A stretch of DNA of 63,923 nt, the filler included, from Octopus bimaculoides (lineage: Eukaryota): NCBI RefSeq assembly GCF_001194135.2. It is 8 parts of 7 records of this genome, joined end to end, with 100 filler letters (N's around TTAATTAATTAA, not from the genome) between each part and the next. Parts side by side here need not be neighbours in the genome. Positions count along the whole stretch, not along the records: positions 1 to 24,534 come from NC_068982.1; 7 more parts are not named here. One strand, given 5' to 3'. How positions within the stretch are numbered: the first letter of the stretch is position 1; each line of letters begins with the position of its first letter. The notes under the pieces are model-generated. The model searched no databases, was not told the DNA's origin, and worked only from the letters and a program-made list of their open reading frames with translations. A program made the position numbers and the translations under genes. Of this stretch, positions 12,620-23,777 are shown piece after piece.

Positions 12620-13260
12620 TCCATAAAACCAACCGGTGGGCTTATCCTTTGGAGAAGTTTTATCAAAAGCAAAGTTGTCATTTTGGATATCAACAAAGCT
12701 TTCAACCATGTCTGGCATGTAAACCTCCTTTCAAAACTGTCTCTCATCATTTGAATTACATTTCACTATCATTGTCTATTGATAAAGCTTTTTCTATCCC
12801 TCATACTATCAACTATGGCATACCCCAAACTTTACTTTTGTTACCCTATTTCTTTACACCATTGACTTATCCCCACATCCAACTACACCCACACTTATGC
12901 AGATGACACTAAACTTCATTCTTTCCTAATATATCCAGCCATGTGTCTTCCACTTTTAATGGGTTGATTCCACAAACACCCATGCACTCCATGAACAGAG
13001 ACCTTGAAAATATTTTCCAATAGAGATATGCCAATCTTGTTTTTCTCAAGAGCAAGGAAATACATATACTAGTCATTTAAAGAAGACCTTATCACACGAC
13101 ATTTCTCTCCTTCAATCATAATCTCCACTCAACTAGAGTCCACAAAACCACTCCAATTGCTTGATCTTCTTAACACTGAGGATCTCTTCTGACAAAAATA
13201 CCGCCTTAACATAATTCAGACTACATCTCAATAACTGGCCCCTCACTTCAGAGTCAAAAC
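12620..13260 (+). mobile_element. Degenerate L2/CR1/Jockey-group LINE RT
   Basis: Frameshifted motifs KAFNHVWHVNLLSK, INYGIPQ(TLLL) and YADDTKL. Confidence 0.7.
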
Positions 13261-13945
13261 GGTTACTCAGCCTCCAGCAAATAATGACACTTCTTTTCAG
13301 TTTAAGTGAAGATGTACTTGCGGTAGTGAGGTTAATTGGGAGATTTTCCTTTCATCATATTTCGACATGAAGCATGTGGTCAAGTGTTTCGGCTGCCTGA
13401 TTGTGGGTTTGATTCTTGAACCGGTTGGCATGTTCAGTTATTAGAATACAAATGAAAGATTAATTTTCATGTATTGTCAAAGGCAATCTAGGCTAATGGA
13501 ATGTATTCCTTTCCAAGATATTGATTGCAACAATGTTTCAGCGGGGTCATTTTTGTTGCCAACAAGCCATGTTGCTGCATCAAAGAAGTGGGCTTCTACC
13601 TCCATTTAAATATGATAAAATTATATTATACATGATGCATAGGCTTCTCAGCCCTCAGTACTGTGGCACTCCTAGCATCTACCTGTGTGCAGGTGAAGTC
13701 TAAAATAGAATTAATGAGCATACTTTGCTTAGACCACCAACCTAAATAATAAGATCTAAATAGTTCTCAGATCATTAGAGATATATGAATATAAGGGTGT
13801 TGGTATCAGTGATTTTCAAAATTGTAAATGATGATAAGTTGAAGAAATTTTAGAGTAACTGATTTTTATCAATTAGGGAGCATAAGTTTTAAAACAGGCT
13901 TAAAAAAAATTAATTGTATTTTTTTAATGCAATTAACAAACTAAC

Positions 13946-13998
13946 CTGGACAGTTCTCTGGACCACTACTCTGCTGCCATACTGAATTTATACATTCT
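13946..13998 (-). CDS. Same gene, exon 4 (end of E'); 53-nt exon absent from ORF track
   Basis: Acceptor gtattttAG and donor GTTAGT. Phase 2 to phase 1. (L)ECINSVWQQSSGPENCP(A); it bridges the phases of exons 3 and 5 exactly. Confidence 0.88.
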
Positions 13999-14199
13999 CT
14001 AAAATACAAAAGAAATGAAATCAAGAGTCTAGAAATTCACTGTTGAATTTGAGATCTAATAAAATCAAATTGTGTGCTTGGCTTAATAATTCTATCGGAA
14101 AGCAATTGGCAAATAAGGATGATTATTTCATCAAGCTGTTTTCCTTAGTTCAAGGGTAAAGACAAATCACAGATGGCCCTGCTTGGTATGTAGAAAAAG

Positions 14200-15226
14200 T
14201 GTCAAGAGAAACTGCATACGGTGAACCCAGTGCAAGCTATGGACACATGAGAGGTGCAGAAGTATCACTGGAAGACTAACAGAGTCTTTACATGTGGCAG
14301 ATATGCAGGTACATTGAACACAAGGAATGCATGAAAAAATAGGCACCCTCCAATGTCAGTAGGGATCCTTAGAAATAGTAGATAGTTTCCATTACTTAGG
14401 TGACCAAGTTAGCAGTGGTGGAGGATGCTCTGAAAGCATAGCTGCTAGAATAAGAACAGGCTGGGCAAAGTTCAGAGAGCTACTACCTCTGTTAGTAACG
14501 AAGGACTCCCCTCTCAGAGTGAAAGGCAGATTGTATGATGCCTGTGTATGGACAGCTATGTTACATGGCAGTGAGACATGGGCTGTGACTACAGAGGATA
14601 TGCAATGGCTTGAAAGGACTGAAGCCAGTATACTGCACAGGAGGAGTAAAGTCAGTGTGCATATATGACAGAATGTAAGTGATTTGAGAGAAAAACTGGG
14701 TATATGAGGCATCAGATGTAGTGTGCAAGAGAGAAGACTGTGCTGGTGTGGTCATGTGATTTGTATAAATGAAGACAGTTGCATCAAGAAGTGATGATCT
14801 CTAATCGTAGAGGAATATGTGGGAGGGGCAGACCCAGGAAGAAGTGATGAGAAAGGCTCAACAGATGTTGTCTTCACAGAGGGGATGACAGGGGACTGAG
14901 ACTCCTGACAATTTGTGGTGCTTGAGAAGAAACTCCAAGCAAAGTAAAATCGTGCTTGTCCATGCATACAGGCATGACCCTTGCACCCCTCTTCAGCTGG
15001 GTGTTCCTAATCTTGTAGGCTCATGGGTGCTGGTGCTATGTAAAAATCACCTGTACTGGAGTCAGTAAAAGCACCCAGTATCCTCTGTAAAGTGGTTGGC
15101 ATTAGGAAGGGCATCCAGTTGTAGAAACCATGCCAAAATAAACATGGAGCCCAGGCCATTCTTCAGCTGGCCAAACCGTTCAACCCATACTAGTATGGAA
15201 AAATGAACATTAAATCATCATGATCA

Positions 15227-15230
<4 letters not shown>
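14200..15230 (+). mobile_element. 5'-truncated RTE LINE
   Basis: SLEIVDSFHYLGDQVSSGGGCSESIAARIRTGWAKFRELLPLLVTK...LHGSETWAVT, then the 3'UTR gtggttggcattaggaagggcatccag... and a GAT-like tail. Confidence 0.88.
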
Positions 15231-15257
<27 letters not shown>

Positions 15258-15260
<3 letters not shown>

Positions 15261-16050
15261 GGGTTGGATGAAATAATGGAAACATCTTAAAATTTCAAAC
15301 AAATTTATTTTAATATGGGGTAGGACCGCCTTTGAATTCTATAAGGTATGGACTTGCACAAAGTTTGAATTGTTTCCAAAGGAATTGTTGTCCATTCTTC
15401 ATCTAAAACAGTCTCCAGTTCTTGTAGTGATGATGGTGGAAGATATCAACTCCTTACTTGTTTTTTACTAAAATGCACCATAAATGTTCAATAATATTGA
15501 GATCTGAGGACTGTGGTGGCCAGATAAGATGTTCAACTTCACTAGAATGTTCCTCGTGCCATTCAATACCAACTTTAGCTGTGTGAATTGGTGCATTATC
15601 ATACTGAAAGATTGTGTTACCCTCAGTTCTACAACCATAGAATGAATTTGATTAGATAAAATGCTTAAACAGTCTTGACTATTAATTCTGCCATGAATGG
15701 AAACCATTGGCCCTGTGGATTTCCAAGATACAGCCCCCCCAGATCATTACAGATCCTCCTCCATGTTTAACAGTTGGAAGAATACAGTCTGGGTCAAATA
15801 CTTCTTTTGGCTGTCTCCACATGTATACTTGGCCAGTGGTTGGAAATAGGGTAAAGGATGACTTGTCCGAGAAAACAACATTCTTCCACTGGTCTAGGGA
15901 CCAATTCTGTAGGTTTTTACTCCACTCTAAATACTTTGCAACCTTTGTTTTTGAAAGTAGTAATAGTGAAACAAGCTTTTGACAGTTTTATAGATTTCAA
16001 AATTATGATGCTATGATGCTAGGTGATTCCATTATTTTGTCCAACCCCTG
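15258..16050 (-). mobile_element. Internally deleted Tc1-like DNA transposon
   Basis: TIRs caggggttggatgaaataatggaa / ttccattattttgtccaacccctg with TA flanks in (TA)n tracts. Minus frames give VVFSDKSSF...TVKHGGGSVMIWGC and a WPPQSSDLNIIE-like segment. Confidence 0.9.
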
Positions 16051-17134
16051 TATATATATATATATATNNNNNNNNNNNNNNNNNNNNNNNNNNNNNNNNN
16101 NNNNNNNNNNNNNNNNNNNNNNNNNNNNNNNNNTATATATAACCAAATATTTGAATCTATTCCTATGTATACAAAACTGGGGCATAGCAGCTGATGGTTT
16201 TTACGCTAACTTGCATATAATCATTTGCAGGCTATTCAGCTTGTCTCCAATTCAGTTCAGGTAGATGAGACTGATAACCGCAAGAACAGTGAAGCATCAA
16301 TGTCCATCACTCCTGGATAGGATTTGGGGTCAGTTATCTTGCCTGTCTATAACTTTCAGGTGCTTTAACTCCTGGCAGTTTGAGAGCGTCATCTCCTCTG
16401 TGTCAAATTGTAGCCTACCTGCAAATGAGCAAATCACATACGTTGAGTATATGTTTTCAATAATGATTAAATAGTACGTTTGCTGATGTGTGTAAAATTT
16501 GGTGAAGCTGAAATTAATTAACTAGAGTTGCACGAAGTAGCATTTAATGAAATATATTAGGTGTTTCTAGGGCTAATGGATGTATGGGTCTATGGTTGTT
16601 TTGCAGATATTGATTGTTTAGTGAGACAAAGACAGGATACAGTTATATAAAATATCTGTGTCATATTGAATAGAAATGGAATTTGCAATTAACGATGAAA
16701 ACAGACATGTTCAGTGAATCACGTAGGAGTAAATGAAGATATTTAGTTTGGCATAAGATGTTCTGACCTTTTGATTATTCCCAGAAGTCTTGGTTAATTT
16801 TCAAGACATTCGAGAGTTTTGGTTTCTCTTATGTTTTTATACAGGTCTTGGCCACTTTGTGACAATAGAAAGGGCAACGCACAGGATGTCTTTCAGGGCC
16901 TCCATGATTGTTGAGAGAAAGGAAGAACGTTATCATCTGATTGAAAACCTAATCCAAATGTTTACAACTGGGTGAATTTGTCAAAAAGGCTCCAAAACCC
17001 AAATGATTGCCTCTACCTGGGCAGTGGTTATAACTTGAAATTAGGATCAACTTTTATAAAACATATCTAATAATTTTAATGAAATCCTTGGTAAATGAAG
17101 TAGCTATGCAGTTAAATAGAATTTTGGTACTTAC

Positions 17135-17226
17135 AATTTTTTGCAACCAACTTCCAATGTGGTTCCTGCAGGCTTCCAGGTATTTCCATATTTGCAAGGA
17201 CATTCACTTGGTAAAACACAATCACC
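17135..17226 (-). CDS. Same gene, exon 3 (end of TIL', start of E'); absent from ORF track
   Basis: Acceptor aaatcAG and donor GTAAGT. 92 nt, phase 0 to phase 2. GDCVLPSECPCKYGNTWKPAGTTLEVGCKK, the CV..CPC..G..W..G......C pattern expected after exon 2. Confidence 0.93.
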
Positions 17227-17890
17227 CTGATTTCAAAAATTTTTTTAAAAAAGGCAAAGAAGTAACAATATGTCATTATTGTTATAGATTATGTTGTAGA
17301 AATGTATCTGCATTTTGCTTATTAGTATTGATTAAAAAAAAAAAAAAAAAAAGCTTGCCTTGTTATTTAGTTATGTAAAGATTTTGGGAATCTTTTGAAA
17401 TTTTTGTTATGGCAAAGTCAAAAGTGAAAGTTCTGAGCCTGTGATCTTAGACTGGTACAAAGGAAAATGTAGGAAGAAATTATGAGTTTTGTAATATTTT
17501 TATACTTTATCTACATGTTTGCAAGAATGAACTTGCTAACAATACCCACAGGACAGATAGTGGTTTTGAACTGGATGACAGACTAACCCATGCTAGCACA
17601 GAAATTAGATGTTAAAAAACGATAATGATAACTGTATCCTTCCAGATGTACTCAACATTTAAGCGCTACCTGTCAATTTTCAGTTTACGTCAACATATAA
17701 GATTTATCATCATCACCATCATTATCATCGTTTAACGTCCGTTTTCCATGCTGGCATGGGTTGGACGATTCGACTGTGGTCTGGGAAGACTGTGGTCTGG
17801 GGCATCACAAATTGAGCATAGCACTTTTTAAGATCTGCTTCTTATCTTATCAGTTTCTTTTGCTGTAAACACTCTAACACCAAATGTCAA

Positions 17891-18000
17891 GCAGTGTCAG
17901 AAAAAACGCACACACACATACACATTCATACACACACACACATTCACACACACACACACACACACACGCACGCATACATTCACATGCACATACACACATA

Positions 18001-18031
<31 letters not shown>

Positions 18032-18193
18032 GATAGGCTTCTCTCAGTTTCTCTCTGCCAAATCTGCTCACAAGGCTTTGGTTAGTCTGAGGCTATAGAA
18101 GAAGACACTTGCCCAAGGTTCCATACAGTGGGACTGAACTCAGAACCATGTGGTTGGAAAGCAAACTTCTTACCGCACAATCATGCCTGCACC
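17891..18193 (-). mobile_element. CORE-type SINE (5' half) in opposite orientation to 11965-12575
   Basis: Reverse complement of the head/CORE: ...acacttgcccaagg...gggactgaactcagaaccatgtggttggaaagcaaacttcttaccgcac. Confidence 0.82.
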
Positions 18194-18719
18194 AATTTTA
18201 GTTTCATTAACATATCTTGTTTTTGTAATTAATACAGAGCAATAGAAGTATATGGCTTGTTGTGTACCAGACAATACGAAGGTGCCTGGTCTAATGGGTA
18301 GACTGTTGGACCCCTGGTCATAAGATTGTTAGTTTAATTCCCAAACAAAATGGCACATAATGGACCTTTGACAATCTACTTAATTTCAAATGGCTCTATT
18401 TCATTCAGCTTAAAATATGTTGCAGCTGCTCCAGAGTCGCATTTCATAGATCTTTAGTTCAAAATCTTGCTAATGTAAAAATGTTAATGGCTGTTGATGG
18501 TTACAATACCCTGGATGATGATGATGATGATGTATGCCATTTCTTTAGGATTCACTGTTATTTTAATAAATTAATCAGAGAATTAGCTAGGTTCTCACAG
18601 ACTGGTGAAATTCCTGCAAGCAATGCTTAGGCTTAAAGTTAAGCAGGTCCAGTGTCTTCTGGAAATATGGGTGAGGATGAATACGAGGTTTCATTTGAAT
18701 GTTTGCTATAAGATCAACT

Positions 18720-19240
18720 CCTTTTTATCATCATCATTGTTTAACTTCCACTTTCCATGCTGGCATGGGTTGGACGGTTTGACTGAGGACTGGCAAGCCA
18801 GAAGGCTGCACCAAGCTCGAATCTGATCTGGCAAGGTTTCTACAACTAGATGCCCTTCCTAACACCAACCACTCCGATAGTGTAGTGGGTGCTTTTTACG
18901 TGCCACCAGCATGGGAACCAGTCAGGTGGCCCTGGCATTGATCATGCTCGAATGGGGCTTTTTATTACATGCCACCGACACAGGAGCCAGTCCAGCAGCA
19001 CTGGCATCAACCATGCTTAAATGGTACTTTTTACATCCCACTGGCACAAGAGCCAGTCTTGTGGCACTGGTATTGACCATGCTCAAATGGTGCATTTTAC
19101 ATGCCACCAGCATGGGTGCCAGTCAGGTGGTATTGGCATTGGCCGTGACAACGATTTCACTTGACTCAACAGGTTTTCTCAAGCACAGCATATTGCCCAA
19201 TGATTGAAGGGTACTCCTAAATGGGCCAGTAATGCAGCAC
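18720..19240 (-). mobile_element. RTE LINE 3'UTR with about 60-bp tandem subrepeats
   Basis: (CAT)n-ttaacttccactttccatgctggcatgggttggacgg... followed by four copies of (g)tgcttttt acgtgccacc.gca..ggagccagtc....gcactggca. Confidence 0.75.
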
Positions 19241-19751
19241 TGTTGTAGGTAAATCAGGTAACATGTAAAGCCTACCACCTAATTTCATCCCTGATGCCCC
19301 TTCTCGTGACATAACAATTCAGTTTTTCAAATTTTTGTTGATACTATTTTTGTAGTTGCTTCTTTTTATTTATTTCAAACAGTATTTTAGATGCCATTCA
19401 AGAGGATAAGAATATTGAAATCATTTTACCTTGATGAATATCAAAACATTTGGTGATACCATTTAAAAAATTTGTTTAGTATGACTATTTATAGTAAATG
19501 GAATTTTTTGAACCCTACTTGTAATAATTCCAACCATTCATTCTCTTATAAACATTTTGTTATAATTTTTACAATACTCAACTTGTGGGATATATAATTA
19601 TTTCAACAGATATGAAATATTTTTCATCAGACTTTGTGCTGGGTAGTCTTAGTTTTGTTATTATGGACTGAATGAAAGGTTTAAAAATATATGAAAGAAT
19701 CAGAACTTGAATAATGTAATTCAAAGGAAGCAGTTAATATTAATAAGGTGG

Positions 19752-20249
19752 CATGCTGGCACACTCATTAACATGCCAGGCAAAACGCATGCTGGCGCAC
19801 TCATTAACATGCCAGGCAAAACGCATGCTGGCACACTCATTAACATGCCAGGCAAAACGCATGCTGGCATTTCATCCATTCTTATNNNNNNNNNNNNNNN
19901 NNNNNNNNNNNNNNNNNNNNNNNNNNNNNNNNNNNNNNNNNNNNNNNNNNNNNNNNNNNNNNNNNNNNNNNNNNNNNNNNNNNNNNNNNNNNNNNNNNNN
20001 NNNNNNNNNNNNNNNNNNNNNNNNNNNNNNNNNNNNNNNNNNNNNNNNNNNNNNNNNNNNNNNNNNNNNNNNNNNNNNNNNNNNNNNNNNNNNNNNNNNN
20101 NNNNNNNNNNNNNNGGCATGCTGGCACACTCATTAACATGCCAGGCAAAACGCATGCTGGCGCACTCATTAACATGCCAGGCAAAACGCATGCTGGCACA
20201 CTCATTAACATGCCAGGCAAAACGCATGCTGGCATTTCATCCATTCTTA
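19752..20249. repeat. 36-bp minisatellite (gcatgctggcacactcattaacatgccaggcaaaac) x3 on each side of a gap
   Basis: 19752-19885 and 20116-20249 are identical, including the unique tail atttcatccattcttat. Confidence 0.9.
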
Positions 20250-20269
20250 TGTTTTGAATTAAAATTCTG

Positions 20270-20545
20270 CTGAGTTTACCTCTGCCTTTAATCCTTTACC
20301 AGGTCAATAAAGTAAATACCAGCTGAATGTTGGGGTCAATGTAACTGACTGACACCCACTCCCAACATTTGCTAAAATTTGAGACCAAAGGTAGTGAACT
20401 GGCAGAATCACTGTTACACTGGGCCCAGTGGCATTTTGTCTGACTTTATACTCTGTGTTCAAGTTTTGCTAGGGTCCACTTTGCCCAATGCTGGGATCGA
20501 TGTAATTCCCCCAAAATTTGAGGCCTTAGTAGAAAGGAATACTAG
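20270..20545 (+). mobile_element. Degenerate SINE copies (family of 31730-31950)
   Basis: gagtttacctctgcctttaatcctttacc...aataaagtaaataccag...ggggtcaatgtaactgac, then gaactggcagaatca...; tail gccttagtagaaagga. Confidence 0.6.
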
Positions 20546-20616
20546 TTAATATTTTTACTATCTCCCCTTGCCTGATTAAGCACTAAACATACCAAATACT
20601 TTTGAGATTTACTTAC

Positions 20617-20812
20617 ATCTGGAGATGACACATAATTTGGAGGACATCTACAACCTTCATACTCTGAGTCATAGAGTATACATGGTTCAGGTTTGGATAA
20701 AGTATGACAGGTTTCTTGACAGGTTGTTGCATTGTCTACCCATGTACGATTTTTGCGGCAGATCACTTCTTCTGTAGTTGTATTGCACTCCCATTTACCA
20801 CTAGTACATTCA
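20617..20812 (-). CDS. Same gene, exon 2 (end of E module, TIL')
   Basis: Acceptor ttttcAG and donor GTAAGT. 196 nt, phase 2 to phase 0. TG+T completes Cys, then ECTSGKWECNTTTEEVICRKNRTWVDNATTCQETCHTLSKPEPCILYDSEYEGCRCPPNYVSSPD. Confidence 0.95.
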
Positions 20813-20878
20813 CTGAAAACAGAAAATTGTATTACTTAGACCATAACATTATTTACATCAACTTGACATTTGTAAATA

Positions 20879-21733
20879 TGAGGTCTGATCAATAAGTATC
20901 TGGACTGGTGCTATAAAAACAAGACTAAAATATGTACCAATTTGGCATTTAATCTCCTTCAAAGTAGTCCTTTTCAGAATCGACATACTTAATCTAGCAC
21001 TGTTTCCATTGATGGAAGCATTCCTGGAACTTGTTTTCTGGGATAATCAGCAGCTGCCTCATCGCATTCACTTTGATTTCCTTGACATCCTGAAATCTTC
21101 TTCTTTTCAATTGAGATTTGATTTTCCGAAAGAGGAAAATGTTGCAAGGGGTGAGATCTGGGGAATACAGTGGCTGTCGGACCTGGGGAATGCTGTGCCT
21201 TGCTAAAAACTGCTGCACAAGCTGCATTGAATGAGCAAGTGCATTGTCAACTGAAAGCGGGTTTGGCACAAACTTGGCAGACACATATCTCATACCCAAA
21301 TCTTCAGTGATAACAGACTGAACTGAACCATAACTAATCTGCACATCCTCTGATAACTTACTGATAGGGATTCGATAATTTCCCCTCACAGCTGCATGCA
21401 CATCTGCGATGTTTTTCTCAGTTCTGTTGGTTGCAAGCCCCTCAGAATGTTCGCCATTATTGAAATTTTTTTGAATCATACACTCCTCTCCATACACTTC
21501 TACAACTTTGTGTAGGCCTCTGAGCAGCTTTTGGCAAAATTTGATGTAGATTCATGTCAATGCGATGACCACACACTACACACGTTCCTTCCAAGCACTG
21601 CTGTAAACAGCAGAAGTGAGCTAGAATGTTAAAACAATGCAGAGTTCAAGGTCAATCTTTGCCAAATAACTTCACTCTGCGTGCTTTAGCTTTGTTACTA
21701 TAGCAACAACCCAGATACTTATTGATCAGACCA
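20879..21733 (-). mobile_element. Internally deleted mariner transposon
   Basis: TIRs gaggtctgatcaataagtatctgga / cccagatacttattgatcagacc. ORF 20994-21497 reads ...ISYGSVQSVITEDLGMRYVSAKFVP...PLYSPDLTPCNIFLFRKIKSQLKRRRF (mariner WVP and YSPDL-like motifs). Confidence 0.9.
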
Positions 21734-22489
21734 CTTATTTTCCCAAATACAATAATGTAATAATAGAAAGAAAAAGTTATTTTTCTTAAATTTGCATGAT
21801 TAGGTTGATGACGCTGGAAGTAATGAAGCTACGATAATGCTAATGGTAATAATGTGGGAGCTTCAAAGTGGTCACTAACGCTGCTAGAAATAACAGCTAA
21901 ATCATAGTCAATCTACAACATACCATCTTCGATAATCTTATATAAGGAAAGACCACATTGGATGACATTCATTATGCTTTAATATAAGAACATGATGATA
22001 ATGGCTGGCATGCCCTTGATCAAAGCATGCACATTCAGAGCTGATCTGGGGTTAAACAATGACAGCTAAAGTGAAGAATATGATGATGTACCACAAGTTG
22101 TTTTTAATACTGTTTATCTAGTAAAATGAATATTGACTAAGATTTGCAGCAGGTTATATGAGAAACTTAACGAATTCCCTGCAGTGGTGAGTCAATTCTC
22201 ACTAGGTCAGTTAGTTACTTGTCTTGGTCATTGCCTCTGTGAGGCCCAAAGTTCGTAGATCATGCTTCACCACCTTATCCCATGTCTTCCTGGGATTGCC
22301 TCTGCCATACGTTCCCTACACAGTTAGAGATTGGTACTTCTGTACACAACTGTCCTCCAAATTCTGTTGAGGTCAACTCTTTATCTTCCATACCTTTGGA
22401 ATCAATAAAATAAGAACTAGCTGAGTGTTGAGGTTCGTGTAACCTGAGCTTGCTGGCCTTGTACTAAAATTGGAAGCCATTGTTATAAT

Positions 22490-22740
22490 AACAGCAAGCT
22501 GGCAGAATTATTAGTACACTGGACAATATGGCGAGTTGATAGAATCATTAGCAGACTGGACAAAATAATTAACATTTTAGATTCTGAGTTCAAATTCCAT
22601 CAAGACTGACTTTACTTTACATTCTTTTGGGGTTGATAAAATATGTACCAGCTGATTATGAAGGTCAATGTAATTGATTTAATCTTGTCCCTGAAATTGC
22701 CGGCCGTGTGCCAAAATTTGAAACCAATGAGGAAAACACT
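22490..22740 (+). mobile_element. Degenerate SINE (family of 31730-31950) ending next to the exon-1 donor
   Basis: gcaagctggcagaattattag...ctgagttcaaattcc...gactttactttacattcttttggggttgataaaatatgtaccag. Confidence 0.65.
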
Positions 22741-22756
22741 AAAATTGATTACTTAC

Positions 22757-23009
22757 CAATTTCGGCCAAATATCTGTACATTTTCACCATTCTCATAATG
22801 TTTCTTGTGGTGTTTATCATAGCAAGTACACTCTGAGATTTTTACACATATTCCAATATTGTTCATCAATGTACCTTCTGGACACTGACATCCAGATACA
22901 CAGCCAGTTTTGCATTGTGACAAGTCCTTATCTAAGTCATGACATGATGTCAGGCATGAAGATTTACAGCTCACATATTCCTGACCTGTACCTTCAGGAC
23001 ATGATATGC
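22757..23009 (-). CDS. VWF/mucin/SCO-spondin-family protein, exon 1 of 9 visible (TIL + start of E module, D2 assembly end)
   Basis: Acceptor ttatAG at 23011-23010 and donor GTAAGT at 22756. 253 nt, phase 1 to phase 2. Encodes ISCPEGTGQEYVSCKSSCLTSCHDLDKDLSQCKTGCVSGCQCPEGTLMNNIGICVKISECTCYDKHHKKHYENGENVQIFGRN, a complete 10-Cys TIL pattern. Confidence 0.95.
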
Positions 23010-23464
23010 CTATAATGATATTGAAAATGTATAATTTAAACTTTAACAGTAACATGGAAAACATGAAAACAAACAAGGAACCAATAATTTAAGGTCATTG
23101 AAATTAGTAACTGAGTAACTAAACCATAGTGGAAAATAATAAATACTTCTACACACACACACACACATATTTATATATATATACTTAAGATGACTCAAAC
23201 TCCATGACAGAAGTTCCTCTGGTGGAGAGCATTGGTCAGTGAGAGTCCTGTGTCAGTACCATATAAAAAAGAACTAGTGCTGGTGGCATGTAAGGCATCC
23301 CTGTGGTGCTACATAAGGACGTGTGCAGTGTCACATAAAAGCACCTGTGGGGTGCCATGCAAAAGCACACAGCACTCTCTGTAAAGTGGGTGGTGTTAGG
23401 AAGGGTATCCAACCATGCCAAACCATGCCAAATCAGACTGGAGCCTGGTGCAAATTCTGCTGCA

Positions 23465-23775
23465 CAACTGACAGTCCTCTTTGCAGTGATACACTGTAGG
23501 CTTTGCAGACAGGAGTGTCTGAACCTCAGCATCATTTTCATCAAACCAGTCCCTCTGATTGTATGTAGTATATCGCATGATTTCAGCCATGCATTGAAAG
23601 ACCTGGTCTCAAAATTCCCCTCCAAGTTGTAATACCATTGATACCGTATAAATGATTCTGAAGCTTCTATGGACATTCGGGTGTTGAGATATTCCAGCTG
23701 GCTCTTTTCTTTCTTCCATTCTAATTACCTTCTGGAATTTTGCTTGCATCAAACAATGGTCTGTCCAAAACTGAT
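23465..23775 (-). mobile_element. RTE (BovB-like subgroup) LINE linker fragment, abutting an oppositely oriented RTE 3'UTR at about 23270-23465
   Basis: YNQRDWFDENDAEVQTLLSAK and a TDHCL-like APE C-terminal remnant. Confidence 0.65.
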
Positions 23776-23777
23776 CT

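Noticed and set aside
13261-13690. Possible second hammerhead/Penelope remnant (minus ...ggcagccGAAAcac...)
   Set aside because: The CUGANGA core is absent and no GIY-YIG motif is readable, so it is too degenerate to support.
19752-20249. Regular 36-bp repeats resembling a CRISPR array
   Set aside because: The units are contiguous with no unique spacers, there are no cas genes, and the context is a eukaryotic intron.
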